64,000 nucleotides of DNA from Escherichia coli (GTDB lineage: Bacteria; Pseudomonadota; Gammaproteobacteria; Enterobacterales; Enterobacteriaceae): the NCBI RefSeq assembly GCF_013315695.1, contig NZ_CP054353.1. One strand, 5' to 3'. Under the pieces are notes generated by a model. It saw nothing but the letters and a program-made list of their open reading frames with translations, had not been told where the DNA came from and did not search any database. The position numbers and the translations under genes were made by a program. Shown here piece after piece: positions 1-12,762 of the stretch (position 1 is its first letter; every line of letters starts with the position of its first letter).

Positions 1-219
1 GCGAAAGCGGGATGGGTAAACGTCTGAACTGTAAGTGATCGTCAGGGCTAATCTGAAAAGTACAAGCAAATCAATCGACTAAAGGGCCTCATTATCTCAT
101 TGGCCTTGTGGCCTGATCTTTATCTGAAAAATAACCAAATACAGACAGATACGCATTACACCACGCGACTGGCCCCTCAGGATCAACAGCATGTTAAATA
201 AAAAGAGCGTGTTGTCCTG

Positions 220-1293
220 ATGAAACAAAAAGAGCTATGGATTAACCAGATCAAAGGGTTATGTATTTGTCTGGTGGTGATTTATCACTCGGTCATTACC
301 TTTTATCCGCATCTCACCACTTTTCAGCATCCGTTATCGGAAGTCCTGAGCAAATGCTGGATCTATTTCAATCTTTACCTTGCCCCCTTTCGTATGCCGG
401 TTTTTTTCTTTATTTCCGGCTATTTGATTCGCCGCTATATCGACAGCGTACCGTGGGGAAATTGTCTCGATAAACGCATCTGGAACATCTTCTGGGTGCT
501 GGCGCTTTGGGGCATGGTGCAGTGGCTGGCGTTAAGTGCGCTGAACCAGTGGCTGGCACCTGAGCGCGATTTAAGCAATGCCTCCAATGCCGCGTATGCC
601 GATTCCACCGGTGAGTTCCTGCACGGGATGATCACCGCCAGCACCAGCTTGTGGTATCTGTATGCGTTAATTGTCTATTTCGTGGTATGTAAAATTTTTA
701 GCCGTCTGGCGCTGCCACTATTCGCCTTGTTTGTACTGCTGAGTGTGGCAGTTAATTTCGTTCCCACGCCGTGGTGGGGAATGAACAGTGTGATCCGCAA
801 TTTGCCTTATTACAGCCTTGGCGCATGGTTTGGCGCAACAATAATGACCTGTGTTAAAGAGGTGCCGTTGCGCCGCCATCTGCTGATGGCTTCTTTGCTT
901 ACCGTTCTGGCGGTCGGTGCCTGGTTGTTTACTATCTCGCTGCTGTTGTCGCTGGTATCGATTGTGGTGATCATGAAGCTGTTTTATCAATACGAGCAAC
1001 GATTCGGTATGCGCTCCACCAGCCTGCTGAATGTGATTGGTTCCAACACCATTGCTATCTACACCACCCATCGCATTCTGGTTGAAATATTCAGCTTAAC
1101 TCTGCTTGCGCAAATGAACGCAGCACGCTGGTCGCCGCAAGTCGAACTGACACTCCTGCTGGTTTACCCCTTTGTTAGTTTGTTCATCTGTACTGTTGCG
1201 GGCTTGCTGGTAAGAAAACTTTCACAGCGCGCATTCAGCGATCTGTTGTTCTCCCCGCCTTCTCTGCCCGCGGCCGTCAGTTACTCCCGCTAA
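220..1293 (+). CDS. ycfT: Inner-membrane acyltransferase-3 family protein YcfT
   Basis: 357-aa ORF with ATG at 220, multi-pass hydrophobic profile, N-terminus MKQKELWINQIKGLC matches YcfT as recalled; position upstream of mfd. Confidence 0.88.
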   Translation: MKQKELWINQIKGLCICLVVIYHSVITFYPHLTTFQHPLSEVLSKCWIYFNLYLAPFRMPVFFFISGYLIRRYIDSVPWGNCLDKRIWNIFWVLALWGMVQWLALSALNQWLAPERDLSNASNAAYADSTGEFLHGMITASTSLWYLYALIVYFVVCKIFSRLALPLFALFVLLSVAVNFVPTPWWGMNSVIRNLPYYSLGAWFGATIMTCVKEVPLRRHLLMASLLTVLAVGAWLFTISLLLSLVSIVVIMKLFYQYEQRFGMRSTSLLNVIGSNTIAIYTTHRILVEIFSLTLLAQMNAARWSPQVELTLLLVYPFVSLFICTVAGLLVRKLSQRAFSDLLFSPPSLPAAVSYSR

Positions 1294-1420
1294 GCCATCG
1301 CCCCAGCCGGGGCGATTCAATTTGCTAAACCATGTCGATTACGGATAATGAACAGCATTGCTTATCAGAGATATGCCCCCATATGTTGAGGCATATCCTA
1401 ACGAGAATCTGACAACCGTT

Positions 1421-4400
1421 ATGCCTGAACAATATCGTTATACGCTGCCCGTCAAAGCGGGTGAGCAGCGTCTGCTGGGCGAGTTAACCGGCGCTGCCTG
1501 CGCGACGCTGGTGGCGGAAATTGCCGAACGTCACGCCGGTCCGGTGGTACTCATTGCACCAGATATGCAAAATGCTCTGCGTTTGCATGATGAAATCAGC
1601 CAGTTCACCGATCAGATGGTGATGAATCTGGCGGACTGGGAAACCCTCCCTTACGACAGTTTTTCGCCTCATCAGGACATTATCTCCTCGCGCCTTTCCA
1701 CCCTTTACCAGCTACCGACGATGCAGCGTGGCGTACTGATTGTTCCGGTGAATACGCTTATGCAGCGCGTTTGCCCACACAGTTTTCTCCACGGTCATGC
1801 GCTGGTGATGAAAAAAGGTCAGCGCCTGTCACGAGATGCATTACGAACCCAACTGGACAGCGCCGGTTATCGCCATGTTGACCAGGTGATGGAGCACGGC
1901 GAATACGCCACGCGCGGCGCGTTGCTGGATCTCTTCCCGATGGGGAGTGAGCTGCCTTATCGTCTTGATTTTTTTGATGATGAAATCGACAGCCTGCGGG
2001 TGTTTGACGTCGACAGCCAGCGCACGCTGGAGGAAGTAGAAGCGATCAATCTGCTGCCCGCGCACGAATTTCCGACCGATAAAGCGGCAATTGAACTGTT
2101 CCGCAGCCAGTGGCGCGATACCTTCGAAGTGAAGCGCGATCCGGAACATATTTACCAGCAAGTGAGTAAAGGCACATTACCTGCCGGGATCGAGTACTGG
2201 CAGCCGCTATTCTTCAGCGAACCGCTGCCGCCACTGTTCAGTTATTTCCCTGCCAATACGCTGTTGGTGAATACTGGCGATCTGGAAAACAGTGCCGAAC
2301 GTTTCCAGGCTGACACGCTGGCGCGTTTTGAAAATCGCGGCGTCGATCCGATGCGCCCACTGTTGCCACCACAATCGCTCTGGCTGCGGGTAGACGAGCT
2401 CTTTTCAGAGCTGAAAAACTGGCCGCGTGTGCAGCTAAAAACTGAACATTTACCGACAAAAGCCGCGAATGCCAATTTAGGTTTCCAGAAACTGCCAGAC
2501 CTGGCCGTTCAGGCACAACAAAAAGCACCGCTGGATGCGCTGCGTAAGTTCCTCGAGTCTTTCGACGGTCCGGTGGTGTTCTCGGTAGAAAGTGAAGGTC
2601 GCCGTGAAGCGCTGGGTGAACTGCTCGCGCGAATTAAAATTGCTCCGCAACGCATTATGCGTCTTGATGAAGCCAGCGACCGTGGGCGTTATTTGATGAT
2701 TGGCGCTGCCGAACATGGTTTTGTCGATACGGTACGTAATCTGGCGCTGATTTGCGAAAGCGATCTGCTCGGTGAACGCGTTGCCCGTCGTCGTCAGGAT
2801 TCTCGCCGCGCCATCAACCCCGATACACTGATCCGTAACCTTGCGGAGCTGCATATTGGTCAGCCGGTGGTCCATCTGGAGCACGGTGTCGGTCGTTATG
2901 CAGGAATGACCACGCTCGAAGCTGGCGGCATTACTGGCGAGTACCTGATGCTCACCTATGCCAACGACGCCAAACTGTATGTTCCGGTGTCATCACTGCA
3001 TCTGATTAGCCGTTACGCAGGTGGCGCGGAAGAAAACGCCCCGCTGCATAAACTTGGCGGCGATGCGTGGTCACGCGCGCGGCAGAAAGCGGCGGAAAAA
3101 GTGCGTGATGTGGCAGCAGAATTGCTGGATATCTACGCGCAACGCGCCGCCAAAGAGGGCTTCGCGTTTAAACACGATCGTGAGCAGTATCAGTTGTTCT
3201 GCGACAGCTTCCCGTTTGAAACCACGCCGGATCAAGCACAGGCCATTAATGCGGTGCTTAGCGACATGTGTCAGCCGCTGGCAATGGATCGTCTGGTGTG
3301 CGGCGATGTTGGCTTTGGTAAAACAGAAGTGGCGATGCGCGCCGCTTTCCTGGCGGTAGATAACCACAAACAGGTGGCGGTGCTGGTGCCTACCACCCTT
3401 CTCGCGCAGCAGCATTACGACAACTTCCGCGACCGTTTCGCCAACTGGCCGGTACGTATCGAAATGATCTCCCGTTTCCGCAGCGCCAAAGAGCAGACGC
3501 AAATCCTTGCGGAAGTGGCGGAAGGGAAAATCGATATTCTGATCGGTACGCACAAACTGCTGCAAAGTGACGTCAAGTTTAAAGATTTAGGCCTGCTGAT
3601 TGTCGATGAAGAACACCGCTTCGGGGTGCGTCATAAAGAGCGCATTAAAGCGATGCGCGCGAACGTGGATATTCTGACGCTTACTGCAACGCCGATCCCA
3701 CGTACGCTGAATATGGCAATGAGCGGAATGCGTGACCTGTCGATTATCGCCACGCCGCCCGCCCGTCGTCTGGCAGTTAAAACCTTTGTCCGTGAGTATG
3801 ACAGCCTGGTGGTCCGGGAGGCGATCCTGCGTGAAATTTTGCGCGGAGGACAGGTTTATTATCTCTACAATGATGTGGAAAACATTCAGAAAGCCGCCGA
3901 ACGGCTGGCAGAACTGGTGCCAGAAGCGCGGATCGCCATCGGTCACGGACAGATGCGTGAGCGCGAACTGGAACGGGTGATGAATGATTTCCATCATCAA
4001 CGTTTCAACGTGCTGGTTTGTACCACCATTATCGAAACCGGGATCGACATCCCGACAGCCAACACCATTATCATTGAACGCGCGGATCACTTCGGTCTGG
4101 CGCAGCTGCACCAGTTACGCGGTCGCGTCGGACGTTCGCATCATCAGGCATATGCATGGTTGCTGACACCGCATCCAAAAGCGATGACTACCGATGCACA
4201 AAAACGTCTTGAAGCGATTGCCTCGCTGGAAGATCTCGGGGCAGGTTTTGCGCTGGCAACGCACGATCTGGAGATTCGCGGCGCGGGTGAACTGCTTGGC
4301 GAAGAACAAAGCGGCTCAATGGAAACCATCGGTTTCTCGCTGTATATGGAGTTGCTGGAAAACGCCGTCGATGCACTGAAAGCCGGACGCGAGCCGTCGC

Positions 4401-4867
4401 TGGAAGATCTCACCAGCCAGCAAACAGAAGTCGAGCTGCGGATGCCGTCGCTATTGCCAGATGATTTCATCCCTGACGTGAACACGCGTCTGTCGTTCTA
4501 CAAACGTATTGCCAGCGCCAAAACGGAAAACGAACTGGAAGAGATCAAAGTCGAGCTTATCGATCGCTTCGGCCTGCTGCCGGATCCGGCGCGTACCCTG
4601 CTGGATATTGCCCGTCTGCGCCAGCAAGCGCAGAAACTGGGGATCAGGAAGCTGGAAGGTAATGAGAAAGGCGGCGTGATCGAATTTGCCGAGAAGAATC
4701 ACGTTAATCCGGCCTGGTTGATTGGTTTGCTGCAAAAACAGCCGCAGCATTACCGCCTTGATGGTCCGACGCGCCTGAAGTTTATTCAGGATTTGAGTGA
4801 GCGGAAAACGCGTATCGAATGGGTACGCCAGTTTATGCGTGAACTGGAAGAGAACGCGATCGCTTGA
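1421..4867 (+). CDS. mfd: Transcription-repair coupling factor Mfd
   Basis: ORF-track extension trimmed to ATG at 1421 (MPEQYRYTLPV...), giving 1148 aa; helicase motifs GFGKTEV and DEEHRFG seen in translation. Confidence 0.97.
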   Translation: MPEQYRYTLPVKAGEQRLLGELTGAACATLVAEIAERHAGPVVLIAPDMQNALRLHDEISQFTDQMVMNLADWETLPYDSFSPHQDIISSRLSTLYQLPTMQRGVLIVPVNTLMQRVCPHSFLHGHALVMKKGQRLSRDALRTQLDSAGYRHVDQVMEHGEYATRGALLDLFPMGSELPYRLDFFDDEIDSLRVFDVDSQRTLEEVEAINLLPAHEFPTDKAAIELFRSQWRDTFEVKRDPEHIYQQVSKGTLPAGIEYWQPLFFSEPLPPLFSYFPANTLLVNTGDLENSAERFQADTLARFENRGVDPMRPLLPPQSLWLRVDELFSELKNWPRVQLKTEHLPTKAANANLGFQKLPDLAVQAQQKAPLDALRKFLESFDGPVVFSVESEGRREALGELLARIKIAPQRIMRLDEASDRGRYLMIGAAEHGFVDTVRNLALICESDLLGERVARRRQDSRRAINPDTLIRNLAELHIGQPVVHLEHGVGRYAGMTTLEAGGITGEYLMLTYANDAKLYVPVSSLHLISRYAGGAEENAPLHKLGGDAWSRARQKAAEKVRDVAAELLDIYAQRAAKEGFAFKHDREQYQLFCDSFPFETTPDQAQAINAVLSDMCQPLAMDRLVCGDVGFGKTEVAMRAAFLAVDNHKQVAVLVPTTLLAQQHYDNFRDRFANWPVRIEMISRFRSAKEQTQILAEVAEGKIDILIGTHKLLQSDVKFKDLGLLIVDEEHRFGVRHKERIKAMRANVDILTLTATPIPRTLNMAMSGMRDLSIIATPPARRLAVKTFVREYDSLVVREAILREILRGGQVYYLYNDVENIQKAAERLAELVPEARIAIGHGQMRERELERVMNDFHHQRFNVLVCTTIIETGIDIPTANTIIIERADHFGLAQLHQLRGRVGRSHHQAYAWLLTPHPKAMTTDAQKRLEAIASLEDLGAGFALATHDLEIRGAGELLGEEQSGSMETIGFSLYMELLENAVDALKAGREPSLEDLTSQQTEVELRMPSLLPDDFIPDVNTRLSFYKRIASAKTENELEEIKVELIDRFGLLPDPARTLLDIARLRQQAQKLGIRKLEGNEKGGVIEFAEKNHVNPAWLIGLLQKQPQHYRLDGPTRLKFIQDLSERKTRIEWVRQFMRELEENAIA

Positions 4868-4877
4868 TGGTTAGATT

Positions 4878-4896
4878 AGGGGCGTTTCTGCGCCCC
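4878..4896 (+). terminator. GC-rich hairpin (ggggcg...cgcccc) just after mfd stop; no clear T-tract
   Basis: Inverted repeat read directly from sequence; weak as an intrinsic terminator. Confidence 0.3.
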
Positions 4897-5011
4897 CATC
4901 TGCAACATTTACAAATTCTTTGCACTTCCCTGCACTATCCGACACTGTCACCATCCATAATTCAGGCTTATCTGTTTATTACAATAACCTTATATTTATT
5001 ATGGATTTTTG

Positions 5012-5974
5012 GTGATGATCAAAACGCATTTTTCTCGCTGGCTAACGTTTTTTACGTTCGCCGCTGCCGTGGCGCTGGCGCTACCGGCAAAAGCCAACAC
5101 CTGGCCGCTGCCGCCAGCGGGCAGTCGTCTGGTTGGTGAAAACAAATTTCATGTTGTGGAAAATGACGGTGGTTCTCTGGAAGCCATCGCCAAAAAATAT
5201 AACGTCGGCTTTCTCGCGCTGTTACAGGCTAACCCCGGCGTTGATCCTTACGTACCGCGCGCGGGTAGCGTGTTAACGATCCCGTTGCAAACCCTACTTC
5301 CAGACGCGCCGCGTGAAGGCATTGTGATCAACATTGCGGAGCTGCGTCTCTATTACTACCCGCCGGGTAAAAATTCGGTAACCGTGTATCCCATCGGCAT
5401 TGGTCAGTTAGGTGGTGACACGCTGACGCCAACGATGGTGACTACCGTTTCAGACAAACGTGCAAACCCAACCTGGACGCCAACGGCAAACATCCGCGCC
5501 CGTTATAAAGCACAGGGAATTGAGTTGCCTGCGGTAGTGCCGGCTGGACCGGATAACCCAATGGGCCATCATGCGATTCGTCTGGCGGCCTATGGCGGCG
5601 TTTATTTGCTTCATGGTACGAACGCCGATTTCGGCATTGGCATGCGGGTAAGTTCTGGCTGTATTCGTCTGCGGGATGACGATATCAAAACACTCTTTAG
5701 CCAGGTCACCCCAGGCACCAAAGTGAATATCATCAACACTCCGATAAAAGTCTCTGCCGAACCAAACGGTGCGCGTCTGGTTGAAGTACATCAGCCGCTG
5801 TCTGAGAAGATTGATGACGATCCGCAACTGCTGCCAATTACGCTGAATAGCGCAATGCAATCATTTAAAGATGCAGCACAAACTGACGCTGAAGTGATGC
5901 AACATGTGATGGATGTCCGTTCCGGGATGCCGGTGGATGTCCGCCGTCATCAAGTGAGCCCACAAACTCTGTAA
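5012..5974 (+). CDS. ldtC: L,D-transpeptidase LdtC (YcfS)
   Basis: ORF 5009..5974; GTG at 5012 gives MMIKT... and 320 aa; signal peptide and YkuD-type catalytic region (HGT...SSGCIRL). Confidence 0.9.
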   Translation: MMIKTHFSRWLTFFTFAAAVALALPAKANTWPLPPAGSRLVGENKFHVVENDGGSLEAIAKKYNVGFLALLQANPGVDPYVPRAGSVLTIPLQTLLPDAPREGIVINIAELRLYYYPPGKNSVTVYPIGIGQLGGDTLTPTMVTTVSDKRANPTWTPTANIRARYKAQGIELPAVVPAGPDNPMGHHAIRLAAYGGVYLLHGTNADFGIGMRVSSGCIRLRDDDIKTLFSQVTPGTKVNIINTPIKVSAEPNGARLVEVHQPLSEKIDDDPQLLPITLNSAMQSFKDAAQTDAEVMQHVMDVRSGMPVDVRRHQVSPQTL

Positions 5975-5983
5975 AGCACGGAT

Positions 5984-6023
5984 AAAAAAATCCCCGCGAC
6001 ACGGCATGTCGCGGGGAAAAAAA
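5984..6023 (-). terminator. Intrinsic terminator between convergent ldtC and bhsA
   Basis: 9-bp stem cccgcgac/gtcgcggg (5992..6016) flanked by A7 on the left (T7 on minus strand) and A7 on the right. Confidence 0.6.
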
Positions 6024-6056
6024 TCAGCAGTAGCAGGCATTAATGAGGGTTAATGC

Positions 6057-6314
6057 TTATTTATAAATTACTGCTGTTCCATGGAGGGTATTCGGACCGG
6101 TTACAGAAGTAATACGGAAAGATTTTGCGCCCATCTCATCCGCTTTTTGCGCCAGCTGCTCTTCCAACGATCCCAGATTTGTCCCCGCGTTAGCACTGAT
6201 AGTACCGACTTTTTGTTGGCCTTCTGGCGTTGACTGAACTTCGACAGCCGCAAAGCTGGCAAATGACATGGAGCTTAAAATCGCCGCAGCGATGAGGGTT
6301 TTTACGTTTTTCAT
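6057..6314 (-). CDS. bhsA: Multiple stress resistance protein BhsA (YcfR), DUF1471
   Basis: 85-aa ORF MKNVKTLIAAAILSSMSFASFA... with signal peptide; matches BhsA as recalled. Confidence 0.93.
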   Translation of the reverse strand: MKNVKTLIAAAILSSMSFASFAAVEVQSTPEGQQKVGTISANAGTNLGSLEEQLAQKADEMGAKSFRITSVTGPNTLHGTAVIYK

Positions 6315-6383
6315 AATAGTGGCCTTATGCAGATGAATGGCGTCGCAAGCAATTACTTAACGATCGATAACTAAATGATAGAT

Positions 6384-6399
6384 GTGATCTGGATCACAT
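6384..6399. promoter_or_regulatory. Perfect CRP-type palindrome TGTGA-N6-TCACA in the bhsA-comR divergent region
   Basis: tgtgatctggatcaca read directly; matches the CRP half-site consensus, but could equally be a TetR-family (ComR) operator. Confidence 0.4.
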
Positions 6400-6554
6400 A
6401 CAAGATATTTTTTATAACAATCATTAATTAATTTAAAAATCTTTAAATTTCAGTTAAATAGAAAGCAATTATTTTTATGGTTTGTGGACTGGTGAACGGA
6501 GGTGATTATTTTTATAATAACCTTTCATTCACAGTCACCAGGTACAACGGCATC

Positions 6555-7187
6555 ATGGCAACTGACTCAACACAATGTGTAAAAAAAAGCCGCGGCCGCC
6601 CAAAAGTGTTCGACAGGGATGCCGCGCTTGATAAGGCCATGAAATTGTTCTGGCAACACGGTTATGAAGCGACTTCTCTTGCGGACCTCGTTGAAGCGAC
6701 CGGAGCTAAAGCGCCCACGCTATACGCGGAATTTACCAACAAAGAGGGGTTATTCCGCGCCGTACTCGACCGCTATATCGATCGTTTTGCCGCTAAGCAT
6801 GAAGCACAGCTGTTTTGTGAAGAGAAAAGCGTGGAGTCTGCGCTGGCTGACTATTTTGCTGCCATCGCCAACTGCTTTACCAGCAAAGACACCCCGGCTG
6901 GCTGCTTTATGATCAACAACTGCACCACCCTCTCCCCGGATTCCGGAGATATCGGCAATACGCTGAAATCACGCCATGCGATGCAAGAGCGCACTTTGCA
7001 GCAGTTTTTATGTCAACGACAAGCGCGCGGGGAAATCCCGACCCACTGTGACGTGACGCATCTGGCAGAATTCCTTAATTGTATTATTCAGGGGATGTCG
7101 ATCAGCGCACGCGAAGGTGCATCGCTGGAAAAACTGATGCAGATTGCCCGAACGACTTTGCGTTTATGGCCCGAACTGGTGAAATAA
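6555..7187 (+). CDS. comR: TetR-family copper-responsive repressor ComR (YcfQ)
   Basis: ORF-track start 6477 trimmed to ATG 6555 (MATDSTQCVKKSRGRP...), 210 aa; N-terminal TetR helix-turn-helix. Confidence 0.9.
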   Translation: MATDSTQCVKKSRGRPKVFDRDAALDKAMKLFWQHGYEATSLADLVEATGAKAPTLYAEFTNKEGLFRAVLDRYIDRFAAKHEAQLFCEEKSVESALADYFAAIANCFTSKDTPAGCFMINNCTTLSPDSGDIGNTLKSRHAMQERTLQQFLCQRQARGEIPTHCDVTHLAEFLNCIIQGMSISAREGASLEKLMQIARTTLRLWPELVK

Positions 7188-7191
7188 GGCG

Positions 7192-7226
7192 CAAAAAATG
7201 CCCCTCAGCCTGAGCGAATGAGGGGC
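7192..7226 (-). terminator. Intrinsic terminator between convergent comR and ycfJ
   Basis: A6 tract then 8-bp stem gcccctca/tgaggggc (7200..7226). Confidence 0.55.
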
Positions 7227-7248
7227 CAAATTGCAGAGTACAGCCTTG

Positions 7249-7788
7249 TTATACTTTGTTATTCAAAATCAGTTGCCCGTTGCTATCTAGCGGGATCTGC
7301 GTACCCGGATCGCGGTCCATGCGGATTTTGCCCTGCTGATCGCCAATCTTATAGGTCACATCATAACCGAGCATTTTTTCTGACTTGTCATACACCGTTT
7401 TACAACGCTGTTGCGTAGTCGTGTAAGTATCGCTTTCCTGGAGAGAGCCCTGGATCTGGTTACCGGCATATCCACCACCCAGCGCCCCCACAACAGTGGC
7501 GACATCTTTACCGCGACCACCACCAAACTGATGCCCTATCACGCCACCAGCAACAGCGCCGAGCACCGACCCGGTAATGCGATTTTCATCCTGCACCGGT
7601 CGACGATGGGTCACTGTGACGTTGCGACACTCCTGACGCGGTGTTTTAACCGTTTCCTTGATTGGGATTGCAGAAACAACCTGAGCGTATTGCGGGCCAC
7701 GTTCAAACACGTTCAGACTGGCCACTGCCGCTACGCCCAGCGCAGCTGCGACACCAATCCCGATACCCGCCAACATTGATTTATTCAC
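7249..7788 (-). CDS. ycfJ: Glycine-zipper outer-membrane/periplasmic protein YcfJ
   Basis: ORF 7249..7926 trimmed to GTG at 7788 (MNKSMLAGIGIGVAAALG...), 179 aa. Confidence 0.88.
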   Translation of the reverse strand: MNKSMLAGIGIGVAAALGVAAVASLNVFERGPQYAQVVSAIPIKETVKTPRQECRNVTVTHRRPVQDENRITGSVLGAVAGGVIGHQFGGGRGKDVATVVGALGGGYAGNQIQGSLQESDTYTTTQQRCKTVYDKSEKMLGYDVTYKIGDQQGKIRMDRDPGTQIPLDSNGQLILNNKV

Positions 7789-7997
7789 GGGAACACCTCC
7801 TTCTTTGCTGTTATGCCAATCATGCAAGCGAAGGAGAAAAGCAGCTATCAGACAGAAGATGAAAAGCGCGGGAAGAGCAGAAAAAACTGAGGGATTCAGA
7901 AGAGTCTGAAAGGATGCCTGATACAACGCGGCTACCCATCGCGCTGTTCCTCAAGGGCGGATGAGGCGTTTATGCCCCATCCGCCAGTACAAGCCGA

Positions 7998-9302
7998 TTA
8001 ATGCAACTTCAAACGTGGGCGGATAACGCGGTTAATACTCCCCACCAGCATCATTAATCCGGTTTTAAAGTAACCATGCAGCGCAATCTGGTGCATTCGG
8101 TACAACGAGATGTATACAAAGCGCGCAATTCGTCCTTCAATCATCATTGAGCCGCGCGTCAGGTTACCCATCAGGCTACCGACGGTGGAAAAGTTCGACA
8201 GCGATACCAGCGAACCGTGATCTTTATACTGATAATTTTTCAGCGGCTTACCGTTCATCTGCGCCAGAATGTTGTTCATTGCGCAAGTTGCCATCTGGTG
8301 TGCAGCCTGAGCGCGCGGCGGAACAAAGCCCCCTTCCGGACGCGGGCATGACGCGCAATCGCCAATAGCGTAAATGTCTGGATCGCGGGTGGTTTGCAGC
8401 GTCGGTTCCACCACCAGCTGGTTGATACGGTTGGTTTCAAGACCACCAATATCTTTCAGGAAGTCTGGCGCTTTGATCCCGGCTGCCCACACCATCAGAT
8501 CAGCCTCAATATATTCGCCATCTTTAGTGTGCAGGCCGCCTTCATCAGCACTGGTGACCATGGTTTGCGTCAGCACGCGAACGCCAAGTTTCGTTAGCTC
8601 GTTGTGTGCCGCAGCAGAGATACGTGGCGGTAATGCAGGCAAAATACGTTCTCCCGCTTCTACCAGCGTTACGTTCAGGGCTTCGTTGGTCAGACCTTTA
8701 TAACCGTAACTGTGCAGTTGCTTGACCGCGTTGTGCAATTCAGCGGAGAGTTCTACACCCGTCGCGCCGCCGCCGACAATCGCAATGTTTACTTTGCCAT
8801 TCGCGCCCAGGTTGGCGGAGTATTTCAGGAACAGATTCAGCATCTCCTGGTGGAAGCGACGCGCCTGGTGCGGGTTATCGAGGAAAATGCAGTTCTCTTT
8901 GACACCTGGTGTATTGAAATCGTTAGAGGTGCTACCCAGCGCCATTACCAGAGTGTCATAGGCGATTTTACGTTCCGGAACCAGCAGTTCACCTTTCTCG
9001 TCGCGCAGTTCTGCAATAGTGATTGTTTTCGCTTCACGATCAATATCAATGACGGAACCCAGCTGGAACTGGAAACCATGATTACGCGCATGGGCCAGAT
9101 AGCTCAACGCATCGACGCCTTCATCAAGCGAGCCAGTCGCCACTTCGTGCAGCAGCGGTTTCCACAGGTGGCTGTGGTTACGATCGACCAGCGTGATTTT
9201 GGCTTTTTTCTTGCGTCCCAGCTTATGCCCCAGCTGTGTTGCCATTTCCAGCCCACCAGCACCGCCGCCGACAATCACAATTTTTTTCAATGGCGTAGTC
9301 AA
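7998..9302 (-). CDS. ndh: NADH:quinone oxidoreductase II (NDH-2)
   Basis: ORF 7998..9329; TTG at 9302 gives [17 protein letters not shown]..., 434 aa; two Rossmann GxGxxG motifs. Confidence 0.96.
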
Positions 9303-9577
9303 CGTGACCCCCTTAAATTTATTAACCAATTGTTAATTAATGGTTATTAACATAGCTCTTAATTAACAACAGGTTACAGTAATGAAAATGTTCTTCGCTA
9401 ATGAGAATAACATGAATGGTGCATTGGTCATACCAAAATTGATGTTAATCAAGTTTTGTTGCTGAAAAGATAGGCGACTTTACCGGGTGAGATCAAAAAA
9501 CAGAGTTTGTTGTTTATTATTTGAGCTGATTTGTGAGAATGATATAGAGTGAGGTGTGTATGGAGGGCGTTTGGTAG

Positions 9578-9695
<118 letters not shown>

Positions 9696-9701
9696 GGGCA
9701 T

Positions 9702-10244
9702 TTACCCGAGGGTTTTGAACGCTTTAATGCGCTGTAAATGCGGGGAGATATTCTTGAATTTGTGCGTCTGCTCTTCGTCCCAGACAATCTCGTAATAATG
9801 ATGCAACTCTTCAGATGTCCGCTGGCTGTTAAGCGCTTCATCATTACGCGACAAAATCACCAGGCAACGATCGCGATTCTTTTCGCGGAAGTTGGTCACA
9901 CACTTAGTGGCAATATCGGCATACTCTTCCGGGCGATCAATCTTGCCTTCCATGTTCTCATAAGGGAACAAATTAGGGTTGAAGATCACCTGCCGGATAT
10001 CACAGAGAAAACCAATCCGCTCAGCCCAATAACCGCCCAGACCAACACCACAAATGAGCGGGCGCTCGTCGACGTTCAGTTGCAACATTTTGTCCACTTC
10101 TTTGAGCAAATGCTGCATATCATGTTTCGGATGCCGCGTACTGTAGCTTATTAGCCGTACATCCGGGTCAATAAACTGCAATTGTAAGACTTTCTCGTGG
10201 TTACCCGGACTGTTAGAGTCAAAACCGTGCAAATAGATAATCAT
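9702..10244 (-). CDS. ycfP: UPF0227 esterase YcfP
   Basis: ORF trimmed to ATG 10244 ([18 protein letters not shown]...), 180 aa; alpha/beta-hydrolase signature. Confidence 0.9.
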
Positions 10245-10266
10245 CGCTTCCTCACATAAGCCAGGG

Positions 10267-12107
<1,841 letters not shown>

Positions 12108-12127
<20 letters not shown>

Positions 12128-12752
12128 CTTTACCTGACCAGATAATTTCGCCCGTCTGCACCAGCATCAGCTGCATTTGTAGGGTCGGAGCGTTAACGTT
12201 GCCAGAGGCGCTGGAGTACAGCACGTAATGAGCGCCAACATTGCGGGCAATGCCTATGGCTTTACTACGGGTGCCTAAACTGTCCTGCGGCGACAAACCT
12301 AATTGTTGCTTAGCCATCGACAGCTGCTGGGCGGAAACCAGGGTAAATTTACCGTTATTAGCCAGCGCATTTCGCAGCGTTTCGGTCGCTTCTGCGGCAT
12401 TCAGCGAACCGTTAGTACGGTTGTTAACGCTATCAACCAGAAGGACGCTACCCGCAGTCACGCCATCAGCCCCAAGCATCTTACTGACCATCGGCTGCAT
12501 TGCGCCATTCCAGTCATAATGGCGAATATGCGGCGCAGGCGGTGCAGTTTGATCTTCGTGCTCAATTGGGCCTGGCTGCTGCGGTATCGTCGGCACCGAT
12601 GGCACTGTGGGGACAGGCTGTTGTGGCTCGGCAGGTTGTTCCGGCGCTGGTTTCACTTCTTCTACCGGTGCAGGTTCACGTTGCCCCACACACCCGGCGA
12701 GAAACATCGCCAGCGCGGTAATCAAGGCGTAGCGACTCATTTTTGTCATCAA
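12108..12752 (-). CDS. lpoB: PBP1B activator lipoprotein LpoB (YcfM)
   Basis: ORF with lipobox LAGC and proline-rich linker; matches LpoB as recalled (213-214 aa). Confidence 0.9.
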
Positions 12753-12762
12753 GATTCACCCC

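Noticed and set aside
1358-1420. ORF-track N-terminal extensions of mfd and of comR, ycfJ, ndh, ycfP, hinT, ycfH, holB, flgJ, flgH, murJ, yceM, mdtH, yceB, dinI, yceJ, trhO, lpxL
   Set aside because: The track reports the longest frame and translates GTG/TTG as M. In each case an internal start reproduces the known N-terminus and length of the protein, so the upstream extension was trimmed.
4864-5139. 91-aa plus-strand ORF overlapping the mfd stop and ldtC start
   Set aside because: Out of frame with ldtC and spans the mfd-ldtC intergenic spacer; no RBS and no domain.
8712-9350. 212-aa plus-strand ORF antisense to ndh
   Set aside because: Embedded in ndh on the opposite strand; spurious antisense frame.
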